Shown here: positions 8,759-17,863 of the stretch, one piece after another
Position numbering within the stretch: the first letter of the stretch is position 1
Layout: the number at the start of each line of letters is the position of its first letter
NCBI GenBank assembly: GCA_964414295.1
Contig: CAYPVU010000031.1
Span: forward strand, 17,885 to 81,884
Length of the DNA stretch: 64,000 nucleotides
Origin: an uncultured Candidatus Saccharibacteria bacterium
GTDB taxonomy: Bacteria; Patescibacteriota; Dojkabacteria; J137
Direction: 5' to 3'
The notes under the pieces: generated by a model
The model's database searches: none
Told to the model about the DNA's origin: nothing
The model's input: only the letters and a program-made list of their open reading frames with translations
Program-made: the position numbers and the translations under genes

Positions 8759-9181
8759 ATGGCAGTAAACATTGCAGGAGTTATTAAAAATATTAGACAG
8801 ATAGGCATTTATACGCCTATTATTGAGGCTATTGTAAACTCGATTGAGTCAATAATTCAAAGTAAGCGTGATGATGGAAGAATAACTATAAAAATAGTTA
8901 GAGATACCCAATCTAGATTTGGTGGAGAAGATGACAGTATTCCTTATATTAGATCATTTGAAATCACAGATAATGGCGTAGGCTTTACAGATGAAAATTT
9001 GAAATCATTTGATACATTGTATACTGAGTATAAGCTAACAACAGGTGGTAAAGGATTTGGAAGGTTTACTTTTTTAAAATTCTTTTCTGATGTCAAAATT
9101 GAAAGTATTTATAAAGTAGATAATGCTTACTTAAAAAGATGTTTTAAGTTTGGGACTAAAGAAAATATAGTTGAGAACTAA
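8759..9181 (+). CDS. GHKL (MORC/HATPase_c_3-like) ATPase domain, N-terminal fragment ending at an in-frame TAA
   Basis: N-box EAIVNSIES, D-x-G-x-G box TDNGVGF and a G-rich box TGGKGFGRF. It is in the same reading frame as 9197..10753. Confidence 0.6.
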   Translation: MAVNIAGVIKNIRQIGIYTPIIEAIVNSIESIIQSKRDDGRITIKIVRDTQSRFGGEDDSIPYIRSFEITDNGVGFTDENLKSFDTLYTEYKLTTGGKGFGRFTFLKFFSDVKIESIYKVDNAYLKRCFKFGTKENIVEN

Positions 9182-9196
9182 ACAGTTGTTGAAACT

Positions 9197-10753
9197 TTGG
9201 CAGATGATACAAAAACAACTCTTTATTTAAGTAATTTATTTGATGAACATCTTGAAAAATTTGATAAAAAAATTGAGACTGTTGCAAAAAGATTAGTAGA
9301 TAGTTTATTGATTTATTTTATTTCCCCTGATTTTAAATGCCCAGAAATCATACTTATCGAAGATAATAGTAATGATTCAATTATTCTTAATGATTTTGTT
9401 AAAAGTGAAGAGTCGATTAAAAGAGTCAAAGATGGCAGTTTTGAAATTGATAGGTCAGGAAAAACATATTCATTTGATGTAAAAGTTTTCAAAATTTATT
9501 CTGCACATAATCAAAGTAGTAACATAATACTTTGCGGTCACAATCGAGAAGTTACTTCTTCTCCTTTACATAACTATGTTCCAGAATTTAAAGATGAGTT
9601 CTTCGAAAATGTAAAAGGAGATTCTGAAGATGATATAAAAAAGAATTTTATTATAAGAACTTATGTTATTGGAAAATATCTAGATGAGAATGTCTCGCTT
9701 GAAAGGTCTCGATTTGAAATTCCAAGGAAGAAAAATGACGATGCCTTATTGAACTCAATCTCTCAAGAAGAAATTGAACTACTTGCGGTGGAGATAACTA
9801 AATCCCAATTTAGTGAGGATGTTCTTTCTCGCCAGTTGAAGAAAAAAGAAAGAGTTGAAAAGTATGTTAATACAGAAGCTCCATGGAATAAAGTCTATTT
9901 GGATAAAATTGATTTTAACTCAATACCTTACGATGCTTCTGATGTAGAAATCGAAACTATTCTTCATAAGGAGAGAATCGCTCACGAAGTAAAGGTAAAA
10001 CAGGATATTTCAAACATCTTAAAAAACAATGATGATTTTGTTAAGAGTGTAGATGAAGTTGTTAGTCAACTTAATGATGTAAGCAAAACGGATCTTGCTC
10101 ATTATGTTGTACTTAGAAAAAATGTTTTAGATTTGTTTAAAAAATCCTTAGAGATACAGCCGAATGATACATATGACTTAGAAAAAGCAGTACACCAAAT
10201 AATATTCCCATTAAAATCTAATAGTACCAATACGGAGTATAAAGACCATAACCTATGGTTAATTGATGAGAGATTGAGTTTCCATGAATATGTCTCTTCA
10301 GATGAACCATTGAAAGAAACTAACGACAGACCTGATATCTTGATTTTTGACAAGAAAGTATTGGTAAGGAATGATAATGAACTTTCAAACCCCCTTTATA
10401 TTTTTGAGTTTAAAAGACCACAGCGAGAAGAGTATTCAGAGGGTGATGATCCTATAAAACAAATTAATCGATATGTTGAACAGATAAGAGCGGGTAATTT
10501 TAAAACTAAAAGTGGACGAACTGTAATTGCAAATGCTAATACTCCTGCATATGGTTTTATAATATGCGATTTAACGCCCAAAGTGAGAGCATTTTGCAGA
10601 GATGCTCAATTAACCCAAAGTTCTGATGAACAAGCGTATTATGGCTATCACTCTTCTTACAAAATATACTTTGAAGTCATAAGCTTTGATAAACTGGTCA
10701 AGGATTCAGAATTAAGGAATAGAATTTTCTTTAAAAAGTTGGGATTAGAGTAA
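9197..10753 (+). CDS. PD-(D/E)xK nuclease-containing protein; probable continuation of the GHKL ATPase gene
   Basis: RPDILIFD...YIFEFKRP is a PD-(D/E)xK motif. The track start is TTG with no ATG or SD. It is in frame with 8759..9181, separated only by TAA at 9179-9181. Confidence 0.6.
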   Translation: MADDTKTTLYLSNLFDEHLEKFDKKIETVAKRLVDSLLIYFISPDFKCPEIILIEDNSNDSIILNDFVKSEESIKRVKDGSFEIDRSGKTYSFDVKVFKIYSAHNQSSNIILCGHNREVTSSPLHNYVPEFKDEFFENVKGDSEDDIKKNFIIRTYVIGKYLDENVSLERSRFEIPRKKNDDALLNSISQEEIELLAVEITKSQFSEDVLSRQLKKKERVEKYVNTEAPWNKVYLDKIDFNSIPYDASDVEIETILHKERIAHEVKVKQDISNILKNNDDFVKSVDEVVSQLNDVSKTDLAHYVVLRKNVLDLFKKSLEIQPNDTYDLEKAVHQIIFPLKSNSTNTEYKDHNLWLIDERLSFHEYVSSDEPLKETNDRPDILIFDKKVLVRNDNELSNPLYIFEFKRPQREEYSEGDDPIKQINRYVEQIRAGNFKTKSGRTVIANANTPAYGFIICDLTPKVRAFCRDAQLTQSSDEQAYYGYHSSYKIYFEVISFDKLVKDSELRNRIFFKKLGLE

Positions 10754-11086
10754 CTATCTTTTAATAATTTTGTTCAATACTATCCGTAAAAAATAAAATG
10801 GTAGCCAAAATAAGATTCCAATACACCCAAAACTTCCAAACCCACTATTCTTGTAGATTCTCTTTCCTTTTCCTCTTTTATACATCATAATAATTACAAG
10901 TTTAAATTAACTTCGGAGTAATAAGCAAGGAATTTCCAACGATTTTGTAGCTCGGAAACAAACTGCAATACTTTGGAAAAAAGTTCGTAACGCGTCCTGT
11001 CGCTCCGATATAATTACCAATTCCCGGAAACACTAATTATTCTTGGTGCTATAATCTTCACGTGCAGACTAATACCAGGAGGGTAT

Positions 11087-11332
11087 ATGAAGTTAATAAT
11101 GCTGCAAGATCCTTTAACCCTAGCGTTGGTTGTAATCAGTGTACTGTGCTTAGTTTGGGCAGTCTTCGTGCTCCTTGTAAGGGCAAGCCTTACAAAAAGC
11201 TATGTACGGGAAATGAGGAAAACGCGGCCTAGGTTTAGAAGGCTGACTCTAGCAGCTCTGCTAGTGGCTCTCGGGCCGTTTACAGTAGCAGTTTTGCTCC
11301 TGCTCCTGCGTCTTAAGACAATGGGGTTTTAG
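11087..11332 (+). CDS. GC-rich small hydrophobic protein (81 aa, two TM segments), likely horizontally acquired
   Basis: TATAAT at about 11050 and an AGGAGG SD 4 nt before the ATG. Codon usage is ctg/ctc/gcc, atypical for this genome. Confidence 0.4.
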   Translation: MKLIMLQDPLTLALVVISVLCLVWAVFVLLVRASLTKSYVREMRKTRPRFRRLTLAALLVALGPFTVAVLLLLLRLKTMGF

Positions 11333-11352
11333 GCTCTAGGGTCTGCACAAAT

Positions 11353-11378
11353 AAGCAGGGTGAAATACCCCTGCTTAA
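11353..11378 (-). terminator. Hairpin terminator downstream of the HIT gene (minus strand)
   Basis: gcaggg-tgaaatac-ccctgc stem. On the minus strand it is followed by a T-rich tract right after the HIT stop at 11387. Confidence 0.5.
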
Positions 11379-11386
11379 AGAGTTTG

Positions 11387-11785
11387 TTAGGAATTTAATT
11401 TACTCATTATTTCTTTTGCTACTTCTTTGTCTAGCTGTCCTTTTGTTCGTGGGTTAAAACTCTCAGCTTCTTCCATACTTCTAAAAGGATATAGTTTTGC
11501 ATGTAAGTGATTAACTTCAAATCCCTCAAAGATTAAAACAGTTCTTAAGGTATTAAGTTTTGAATCTAAAAGTAGAGCAGTTTCCTTTACAAAATCCCAA
11601 TATTTATTCATAAATTCTGAATCCTGCTTAAAAACATAAGAATCTCTTTGCTTTTTAGGAATTACTAAAGTTTGAGCATACGATGAAGGAAATGCATCTA
11701 AAAATGCCATAAACTCTTCATCTTCCCTAATAATATATGCCGGTATTTCTTTATCTGCGATTTTTTCAAAGATTGTTTTTTCCAT
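11387..11785 (-). CDS. HIT (histidine triad) family nucleotide hydrolase
   Basis: Histidine triad-like HLHAKLYP and Hint-like length (132 aa). Confidence 0.75.
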   Translation of the reverse strand: MEKTIFEKIADKEIPAYIIREDEEFMAFLDAFPSSYAQTLVIPKKQRDSYVFKQDSEFMNKYWDFVKETALLLDSKLNTLRTVLIFEGFEVNHLHAKLYPFRSMEEAESFNPRTKGQLDKEVAKEIMSKLNS

Positions 11786-11870
11786 AAAAAGATTGATTAA
11801 AATTGGTATACGATATTTAAAATTAAATTTATAACTGAATAATATTATATTACATTTATCCTATTTTCTT

Positions 11871-12242
11871 ATGAGCAAATCAATTCAGGAAATTACTAAA
11901 ATTATTGTAGACTTTGCAGAAGCAAGAGGATGGAAGAACGAGAATCCATCCCACCTATTAAATGCTATTTATGTAGAGTTAGGTGAACTAACAGAGCACT
12001 ATCAGTGGAAAAATGACTTTAGTAAATTTAAAGATATAGATGAAAGTAAAAAAACAGAAATAGGCTTTGAATTTGTAGATGTAATCTTTTATATGTTTAG
12101 ACTTGCCTACAATAGCGGAATTGATATTGAAGAATACTTCGATAAAAAACTTCCCAAATTAGAAGAGAAGTTTAAAATCGGTGGTGACCATGGAAAGGCG
12201 CATAGAGAGTATAGAAAGACTGGTAAAAACAAGCTTTACTAA
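11871..12242 (+). CDS. MazG-like nucleoside triphosphate pyrophosphohydrolase
   Basis: ELGELTEHYQW and EIGFEFVDVIFYMFRLA (EExxE/D-like MazG motifs), 123 aa. Confidence 0.65.
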   Translation: MSKSIQEITKIIVDFAEARGWKNENPSHLLNAIYVELGELTEHYQWKNDFSKFKDIDESKKTEIGFEFVDVIFYMFRLAYNSGIDIEEYFDKKLPKLEEKFKIGGDHGKAHREYRKTGKNKLY

Positions 12243-12988
12243 GCCTCTGGATCTAGTTTTGATTTAGCGGAGAGTGGTATTAATTCTCCATTTCTAACTA
12301 AATATCTTTGTAGGCCAACATTTAAAATATCTCCGTTTTTTAAATCTTTAAAATCACCTTTACCTATCCTTTTAATAACTTTTTCTCTAGTAACTCTACC
12401 ATTGGCCAAATATCGTTCTTCAGTAGTTTCAACCGTCATAACTAATGATTTATCTGGCTCCATTGCTTGAATATATTCTTCTATTGCAAAGGCGTTTTCC
12501 ATTAACATCCTATGAAGTTTTGCTGGAAACTTCCGCAAAGAAGAGTACTTTCTAAATACTGATATATATTCTTTTAACAATTCAACTGGTTTGTCTGCTA
12601 TACGATCGGGTATAGATAAAAATTCAATTTCTCTAAGTGCTATTAACTCCTCGTCTGTTGCTCCTAACTGATTTTGAACAAAGTTAAGCATTTCTTCAAA
12701 TCCAGCATCTGTCGATAACACCAATGCATATAAGTCCGGAGATTCTCCAAGCATGCTTAGTATTTGATTCACCTGTTCTTCTTCTACTTCAATTTCTAAT
12801 CTAAGGTATAAAATAAATCCTACAATATTTTCTTCATTTAAAAGTCTTTTTAGTTCAGCAACTTGATGTCTGCCTAAACTTTTTATGGATTTTAATTTAT
12901 TAATGACATCTTTTATTTTGTTCTCAGATTTAACTAAGTATAGATCTACATCTTGATTAAGATTTGAGTCATCCCATTCAAAAGCCAT
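12239..12988 (-). CDS. hypothetical protein (249 aa)
   Basis: ORF convergent with and overlapping the MazG-like gene by 4 nt. No confident motif. Confidence 0.4.
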   Translation of the reverse strand: MAFEWDDSNLNQDVDLYLVKSENKIKDVINKLKSIKSLGRHQVAELKRLLNEENIVGFILYLRLEIEVEEEQVNQILSMLGESPDLYALVLSTDAGFEEMLNFVQNQLGATDEELIALREIEFLSIPDRIADKPVELLKEYISVFRKYSSLRKFPAKLHRMLMENAFAIEEYIQAMEPDKSLVMTVETTEERYLANGRVTREKVIKRIGKGDFKDLKNGDILNVGLQRYLVRNGELIPLSAKSKLDPEA

Positions 12989-13087
12989 ATAAGTGTTTTA
13001 ACCAAAGGAGTTTACTACGAAATGTTGAGTTTAGGAAAGTGTAGAGGGTGAAGAGCTGTTGGCCATTTACTTCACCCCCTGATTCGT

Positions 13088-13555
13088 TTAGCGGACTTCG
13101 ACAACCATATGGTCGTCGATTTCAAGAACTTGAATAACTTCACCCAGTTCAGGGTACTCCTGTACCGGGTCTTTCGTCTTCACGGAATAGGGCAGTAGGG
13201 TTAGAATCACCTTGTGTTGCCCTATTGTGATGCTTGGAAACACTGGCGACACAGAATTCAAACTGACTTCCGGTCTATCAGGCTTCCTTGCACCAACTAC
13301 ATGCATTAAGCGCCCCGTCACGATCTCGGGGAGCGGAAGTTCAGGTGCGGCACGCAGTTTATACTTTGTACCCACTTCGCGACTTCCCTCAGTCACGCTT
13401 TCCGGCTCTTGCAGCAAGAACGCAAAAACTCTTGCTTCATCCTGCTTAGCAGCCGCCTTCCATTCCTCAGCCAGAAGAATGGTTGTATTGTCCGGTGTGT
13501 TCAAAATCACCAGACGCGAGAAGCGAACTTCCATGCACACCTCCGTTGCCAACAA
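13088..13555 (-). CDS. GC-rich hypothetical protein (155 aa), likely foreign origin
   Basis: About 52% GC within an about 30% GC genome. The translation is coherent and non-repetitive. The true start is possibly the second Met (MEVRFSRL). Confidence 0.45.
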   Translation of the reverse strand: MLATEVCMEVRFSRLVILNTPDNTTILLAEEWKAAAKQDEARVFAFLLQEPESVTEGSREVGTKYKLRAAPELPLPEIVTGRLMHVVGARKPDRPEVSLNSVSPVFPSITIGQHKVILTLLPYSVKTKDPVQEYPELGEVIQVLEIDDHMVVEVR

Positions 13556-13653
13556 CTGATAACATTATATAACAGTTCTATATTATTGTAAATATACCCT
13601 TCCACTTATTAATCAGATAGGTATAATAGATTAAATAGATATTAAATATAAAT

Positions 13654-14190
13654 ATGGCAATTCAAACAGCAACTTTTGCAGCAGGATGTTTTTGGTGTGT
13701 AGAAGCTATTTTTGAAAGAGTAAAAGGCGTTAGTAAAGTAGTTTCTGGCTACACTGGAGGATTTATGGACAATCCTACATACGAACAAGTTAGTACAGGT
13801 AAGACGGGCCATGCAGAAGCAACTCAAATTGAATTTGACGACAGCATTGTAAGTTTTAGAGATTTGGTAAATATTTTCTTTTTAACTCACGATCCTACAA
13901 CTTTAAATAAACAAGGCGCTGATATAGGGTCACAATATAGATCTGCAGTTTTTTTTAATAGTGAAGAGCAAAAAAGCATAGCAGAGGAAGTAAAGAAAGA
14001 AATAGAAGAAAAGAAAGTGTATTCAGACCCTATAGTTACTGAAATATCGGAATTAAAAAAGTTTTATTCTGCAGAAAAGTATCATCAAAACTTTTATGAT
14101 AATAATAGAGACTATCCATACTGTAAGATAGTTATAGATCCAAAAGTTTCTAAATTTAGAAAAGAGTTTATAGATAAGATTAATGAATAA
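13654..14190 (+). CDS. msrA: Peptide methionine sulfoxide reductase MsrA
   Basis: Active-site GCFWC motif and length consistent with MsrA. Confidence 0.9.
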   Translation: MAIQTATFAAGCFWCVEAIFERVKGVSKVVSGYTGGFMDNPTYEQVSTGKTGHAEATQIEFDDSIVSFRDLVNIFFLTHDPTTLNKQGADIGSQYRSAVFFNSEEQKSIAEEVKKEIEEKKVYSDPIVTEISELKKFYSAEKYHQNFYDNNRDYPYCKIVIDPKVSKFRKEFIDKINE

Positions 14191-15835
14191 TAAATTAATT
14201 AAAGGGTTCGTTTTTGTATTAATACTAGTATCTACTAGCACCTTTTTTCAATTAAACCTAAGCGCAGAAACTCACTACAAAAGAGTATTAACAATAGGAG
14301 TAAACCCAGTTGAAAACGGAGAAAGTTTGGTAGAAAAGTTTTTTGGTAATTCTTCTAATATAGAAAACTCAACCTTCAATGGAGCAATAAGCAGACTTAA
14401 TCAAATTGGAATAAACTATACAATAGCAAGGCATATTAATATTTCTGAGTTTCCGCTTTTACCTAATGGTAATCGAGTATTTAATATGAATTCTTATTCA
14501 AAGTGTGTTGGTGGAGGAACAGCACAGGACATTCAAAACTGCGACAATAGCAAATGGCAATTCAGTTATTCTAAATTCTTTGATGATTTCAATATATGCT
14601 CAATAGCAAATCAAGAAAACGTAGATGAAATTTGGATTTTAACACCTCCCTATATTGGCAAGTGGGAGAGTTTATTAGTTGGTCCTTATGAGGGGTTTTG
14701 GATTAATGGAGTAGCAGAGGTTAATAGTAACTGCAATAAACTTTATCCAGTTATGGGCCCTACTTATGACCGTCCCGAAAATTTACTTCATAACTTTGGA
14801 CACAGAATAGAATCTACGATTGAATATATATTTACAAATATTAAAGATGAAGATAAAAATACCCACTGGAGAAGGTTTTCCGGATTTGGAGGTCAACCGC
14901 TAGGATGTGGTAATACACATTTCCCAAGAAATTATAGATATGACTACGATTATTCCAATCCAAGCCCAGCATCTTTTAATTGCCCTGACTGGAAAAACTT
15001 TCCTAATTATAATGGAGCAACAATAAATGTGGGCTGCAATAGCTGGGGATGTGATGACCCTGGATGGGAGAGGTTTTGGTTTTCTTACATACCTTCATCT
15101 AGTGGAAATGCTGTTATATACAATACAAACAATCAGGCAGTAAGTATAAAAAAAGACTGGTGGTACTATATATTAAATCCTCAAGAATCAATTGCTTTTG
15201 TTAATTACTCTTCTAATCCAGGACCACTTGAATGTTCCATATTCTCTTATTCAGAATGGAGTAAATGCATAGATGGTACACAAACAAGAACTTTAACAGG
15301 TAGTAATCCTCCTGGATGTACTGGAGGAAGTCCTGTTTTGTCTCAATCCTGTACTGTTTGCTACAAATATACTTACTCTAACTGGGGTGCTTGTATAAAT
15401 GGAATACAAAAAAGATTTATTACACAATTAACAGAAACTAATTGTCCTGGAGAGGAGAAAAAAAGTTTAGAGCAGAGCTGTTCAAGTATCAATAACCCAA
15501 CGGGAAATACTCTTCCTCAAAGTCCCGAAGGTAATTCACAAGAACCAACACCTACAGTTACAATTCCTACAAACTTACCTATATTAAATACAGTTCCAAT
15601 CTCTTACTCACCAGCTCCAACATTGGCAGATATATTATCTGCAATAATTCCTGGATTAAAAACTCAGAATACACAAGAAGGTGTAAGCTACACAATAAAC
15701 CCTTCTTTTGATGAAATAAATAATCGTTTAGTGAACCTAATGGCTGTATTAGCAATTTCTGGTGCAGGTTTAGTAATAATGATTTATGTATTTTTATACA
15801 GTAAGGTTATCGTTAAAAGATTTAAAAAAGCATAA
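14183..15835 (+). CDS. Secreted cell-surface protein with tandem Cys-containing ~45-aa repeats and a C-terminal TM anchor
   Basis: Signal peptide present. Repeats are YSEWSKCIDGTQTRT...C...QSC and YSNWGACINGIQKRF...C...QSC. C-terminal hydrophobic anchor followed by KRFKKA. Confidence 0.5.
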   Translation: MNNKLIKGFVFVLILVSTSTFFQLNLSAETHYKRVLTIGVNPVENGESLVEKFFGNSSNIENSTFNGAISRLNQIGINYTIARHINISEFPLLPNGNRVFNMNSYSKCVGGGTAQDIQNCDNSKWQFSYSKFFDDFNICSIANQENVDEIWILTPPYIGKWESLLVGPYEGFWINGVAEVNSNCNKLYPVMGPTYDRPENLLHNFGHRIESTIEYIFTNIKDEDKNTHWRRFSGFGGQPLGCGNTHFPRNYRYDYDYSNPSPASFNCPDWKNFPNYNGATINVGCNSWGCDDPGWERFWFSYIPSSSGNAVIYNTNNQAVSIKKDWWYYILNPQESIAFVNYSSNPGPLECSIFSYSEWSKCIDGTQTRTLTGSNPPGCTGGSPVLSQSCTVCYKYTYSNWGACINGIQKRFITQLTETNCPGEEKKSLEQSCSSINNPTGNTLPQSPEGNSQEPTPTVTIPTNLPILNTVPISYSPAPTLADILSAIIPGLKTQNTQEGVSYTINPSFDEINNRLVNLMAVLAISGAGLVIMIYVFLYSKVIVKRFKKA

Positions 15836-15838
15836 GAA

Positions 15839-15857
15839 AGCGGGCCTAAGGCCCGCT
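15839..15857. terminator. Bidirectional GC hairpin between convergent genes
   Basis: agcgggcc-taa-ggcccgct, flanked by A-runs on the plus strand and T-runs on the minus strand. Confidence 0.6.
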
Positions 15858-15877
15858 TAAAAAAGTTTCTTTATAGA

Positions 15878-17863
15878 TTAGATAGCTGGTTTTGGTTCCG
15901 AAGAACTACTTCCTGAACCATAAGTACCTTTAACAGAATTATTTACTAATCTTTGCAACTCAACATAATCTTCTGAATTTTGAGCAGATAAAGATAAGAA
16001 CATTGCGTCATCTGCTGTAAATTCTGAATCTGCAAAACCTACGGAATAATTATACTCTTGTAAAGTAAATTTATTATTTCCATATTCAAAAACTAATATA
16101 TAGTTTTTAGTTCTGCATTCATTATTTTCACAATTAGCAGAGTCAACAGGAAGTAGAGCAGACCTTTCCATTGCTAATGGCATAATGCTTGAGTTCTCTG
16201 AAACAAAGCTGTAAAGAGTTGCATTTACAGATTCGCCATTAATATTAATTGCTACTGTTTCTTCTTTTTTATCAGAGATTTTATTCCAAAGCAGACTGTT
16301 TAATATATCTAAATTACTGTACTCATTAGAATAAAAGGATAGATTGTAAGATACACTATTTCTTGAGTAAGAAGTCATACCTAAAGACATAGGTGTATTA
16401 CCTGCTAAATATGTACCAACTCCAGCGTAGGAATTATACATTTTATCTCCATTTGCTCCTGCAGGGTAAAAATTCCTATCTGTATAGTAAGAAGTAGTAT
16501 TATCTACTGTAGGTTCATCATTTATGTAGGAGTTAAAATAGATATATTGATTTTCTACAACAGAAGATGGAACTACTACTGTAATATTCTCATTTCTAGC
16601 AAAATCTAATGCCTTCTGAATTTCTGCATCTGGGTTATATTCTGGTATATCTGTAGGAGTAGTATTTAAATCAATATCTTTTACTTCTACATTATATTCA
16701 AAATCAAAATTACCTGAAACTGAGGCAAAGTCTAAATCTGCGTTCTCTACAATTGTTTCTGATCTTTCAACTAAATTATTAGCACTCACACTGTCTAAAT
16801 AAGTCTCAGTTCTTAAGATTTGATATGTTTCTGTATCTGCATAAGATAAGTAGAACATTTTTCTTAAATCTTCTACATCTTCACTTTGCCATCTATTTAG
16901 ATTTACAAATCCAGCACAATTAACATCGTAAGAATATTGAATTACATAATATTCTTTCCCATTAATATTCTCTGTTCTTAACACCTGAGCTTCAGGGCCA
17001 AAATATGTTGTGTAATCCACTTCTGGAGCAGCTCCCACACCTTCAGCAGGTGCTTCAACAGGTCTTTCTGGTAAAGAAGGTTCTACTAAATCTACTGGCA
17101 TTGGATCAACTTGTACTGGTGCAGGGTCTACCTGAGTTTCACTTACAGTTCTTACAGCATAACTTCCTCCATAGTAAGTAATGTTCTCGTATCTATATGT
17201 TGTAGATGTAGAAGTTGATTTAGATAAATTATATGTATTGACAGTACCATCTTCATTGTAGCCTACATACTTAGAATAGTAGTTTGAATCTCCATTATAA
17301 TTAAAGCTTTCGTAAACAGGTACAAATACTACATTTGTTTGATCTACCCCATAAGTACAGCTGTTAAATGCAGGACCTCTTTCAGTAGTAGATTTTGAAT
17401 AGTAATAGCTAGAAGCCGGCTGATACATATATCCTGGAGCAGGAGCAATCATCTTAGAGGAAGCCATATCCCTTGTTGCAAGTGCTGCAGCATTTTCTGC
17501 AGAAGAACCTGCACTATATTGTCCAAGATTTGGATTATTCATTGCGATCTTCTGTAGGATACTCTTTTGATCGAAAGAGTTATTAGAAGATTGAGTACTT
17601 AGTCTTGTAAGTACAAACGCCGTAGTGAGTACAACAGCTAAAACAGCTACTGCAAGTGCACTCAATACAGCTACTTTTCTTTTTAACATAAAGAACTGTA
17701 TAAAAATTAAATTACTATTAATATTACTTTTTGCTGAAAAATCGGTAACAGAATTTCTTGAAAAGTTTTTCAAGTTTTCTAAAGTAGACTGCTGCCACTC
17801 ATTTGTAGGTTCTGCATTACTTTGTTTTATTAAATTTTGTAATTGATCGTCACTTATTTTCAT
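15878..17863 (-). CDS. Putative anti-sigma factor / large extracytoplasmic protein (one TM helix)
   Basis: Overlaps the upstream ECF sigma gene by 14 nt. Has a cytoplasmic N-terminus of about 60 aa, a TM helix (VAVLSALAVAVLAVVLTTAFVL) and a large Ser/Tyr/Asn-rich ectodomain. Confidence 0.5.
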   Translation of the reverse strand: MKISDDQLQNLIKQSNAEPTNEWQQSTLENLKNFSRNSVTDFSAKSNINSNLIFIQFFMLKRKVAVLSALAVAVLAVVLTTAFVLTRLSTQSSNNSFDQKSILQKIAMNNPNLGQYSAGSSAENAAALATRDMASSKMIAPAPGYMYQPASSYYYSKSTTERGPAFNSCTYGVDQTNVVFVPVYESFNYNGDSNYYSKYVGYNEDGTVNTYNLSKSTSTSTTYRYENITYYGGSYAVRTVSETQVDPAPVQVDPMPVDLVEPSLPERPVEAPAEGVGAAPEVDYTTYFGPEAQVLRTENINGKEYYVIQYSYDVNCAGFVNLNRWQSEDVEDLRKMFYLSYADTETYQILRTETYLDSVSANNLVERSETIVENADLDFASVSGNFDFEYNVEVKDIDLNTTPTDIPEYNPDAEIQKALDFARNENITVVVPSSVVENQYIYFNSYINDEPTVDNTTSYYTDRNFYPAGANGDKMYNSYAGVGTYLAGNTPMSLGMTSYSRNSVSYNLSFYSNEYSNLDILNSLLWNKISDKKEETVAININGESVNATLYSFVSENSSIMPLAMERSALLPVDSANCENNECRTKNYILVFEYGNNKFTLQEYNYSVGFADSEFTADDAMFLSLSAQNSEDYVELQRLVNNSVKGTYGSGSSSSEPKPAI

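Noticed and set aside
1192-10753. Assignment of the island to BREX, DISARM, Type I or Type III systems
   Set aside because: There is no PglZ, BrxC or BrxL, no PLD or DUF1998, no HsdS, and the nuclease-helicase domain order is opposite to Type III Res. It was left as an unclassified R-M-like system.
10800-11390. GC-rich intergenic block considered as RNase P RNA, tmRNA or SRP RNA
   Set aside because: It contains AGGGUGAAA but none of the flanking RNase P consensus (GGAAAGUCCGGGCUCC, GGUAAGAGCGCACC). There is no tRNA-like T-arm or CCA end for tmRNA and no GUCAGGUCCGGAAGGAAGCAGC for SRP. The block carries a promoter, an SD and a clean 81-codon ORF. It was kept as a foreign small CDS, with an Rfam check suggested.
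13212-13591. Plus-strand ORFs 13212..13559 and 13409..13591 within the GC-rich block
   Set aside because: They overlap the more coherent minus-strand 155-aa ORF. Their translations are Ser/Gly/Arg-rich, typical of wrong-frame GC-rich DNA.
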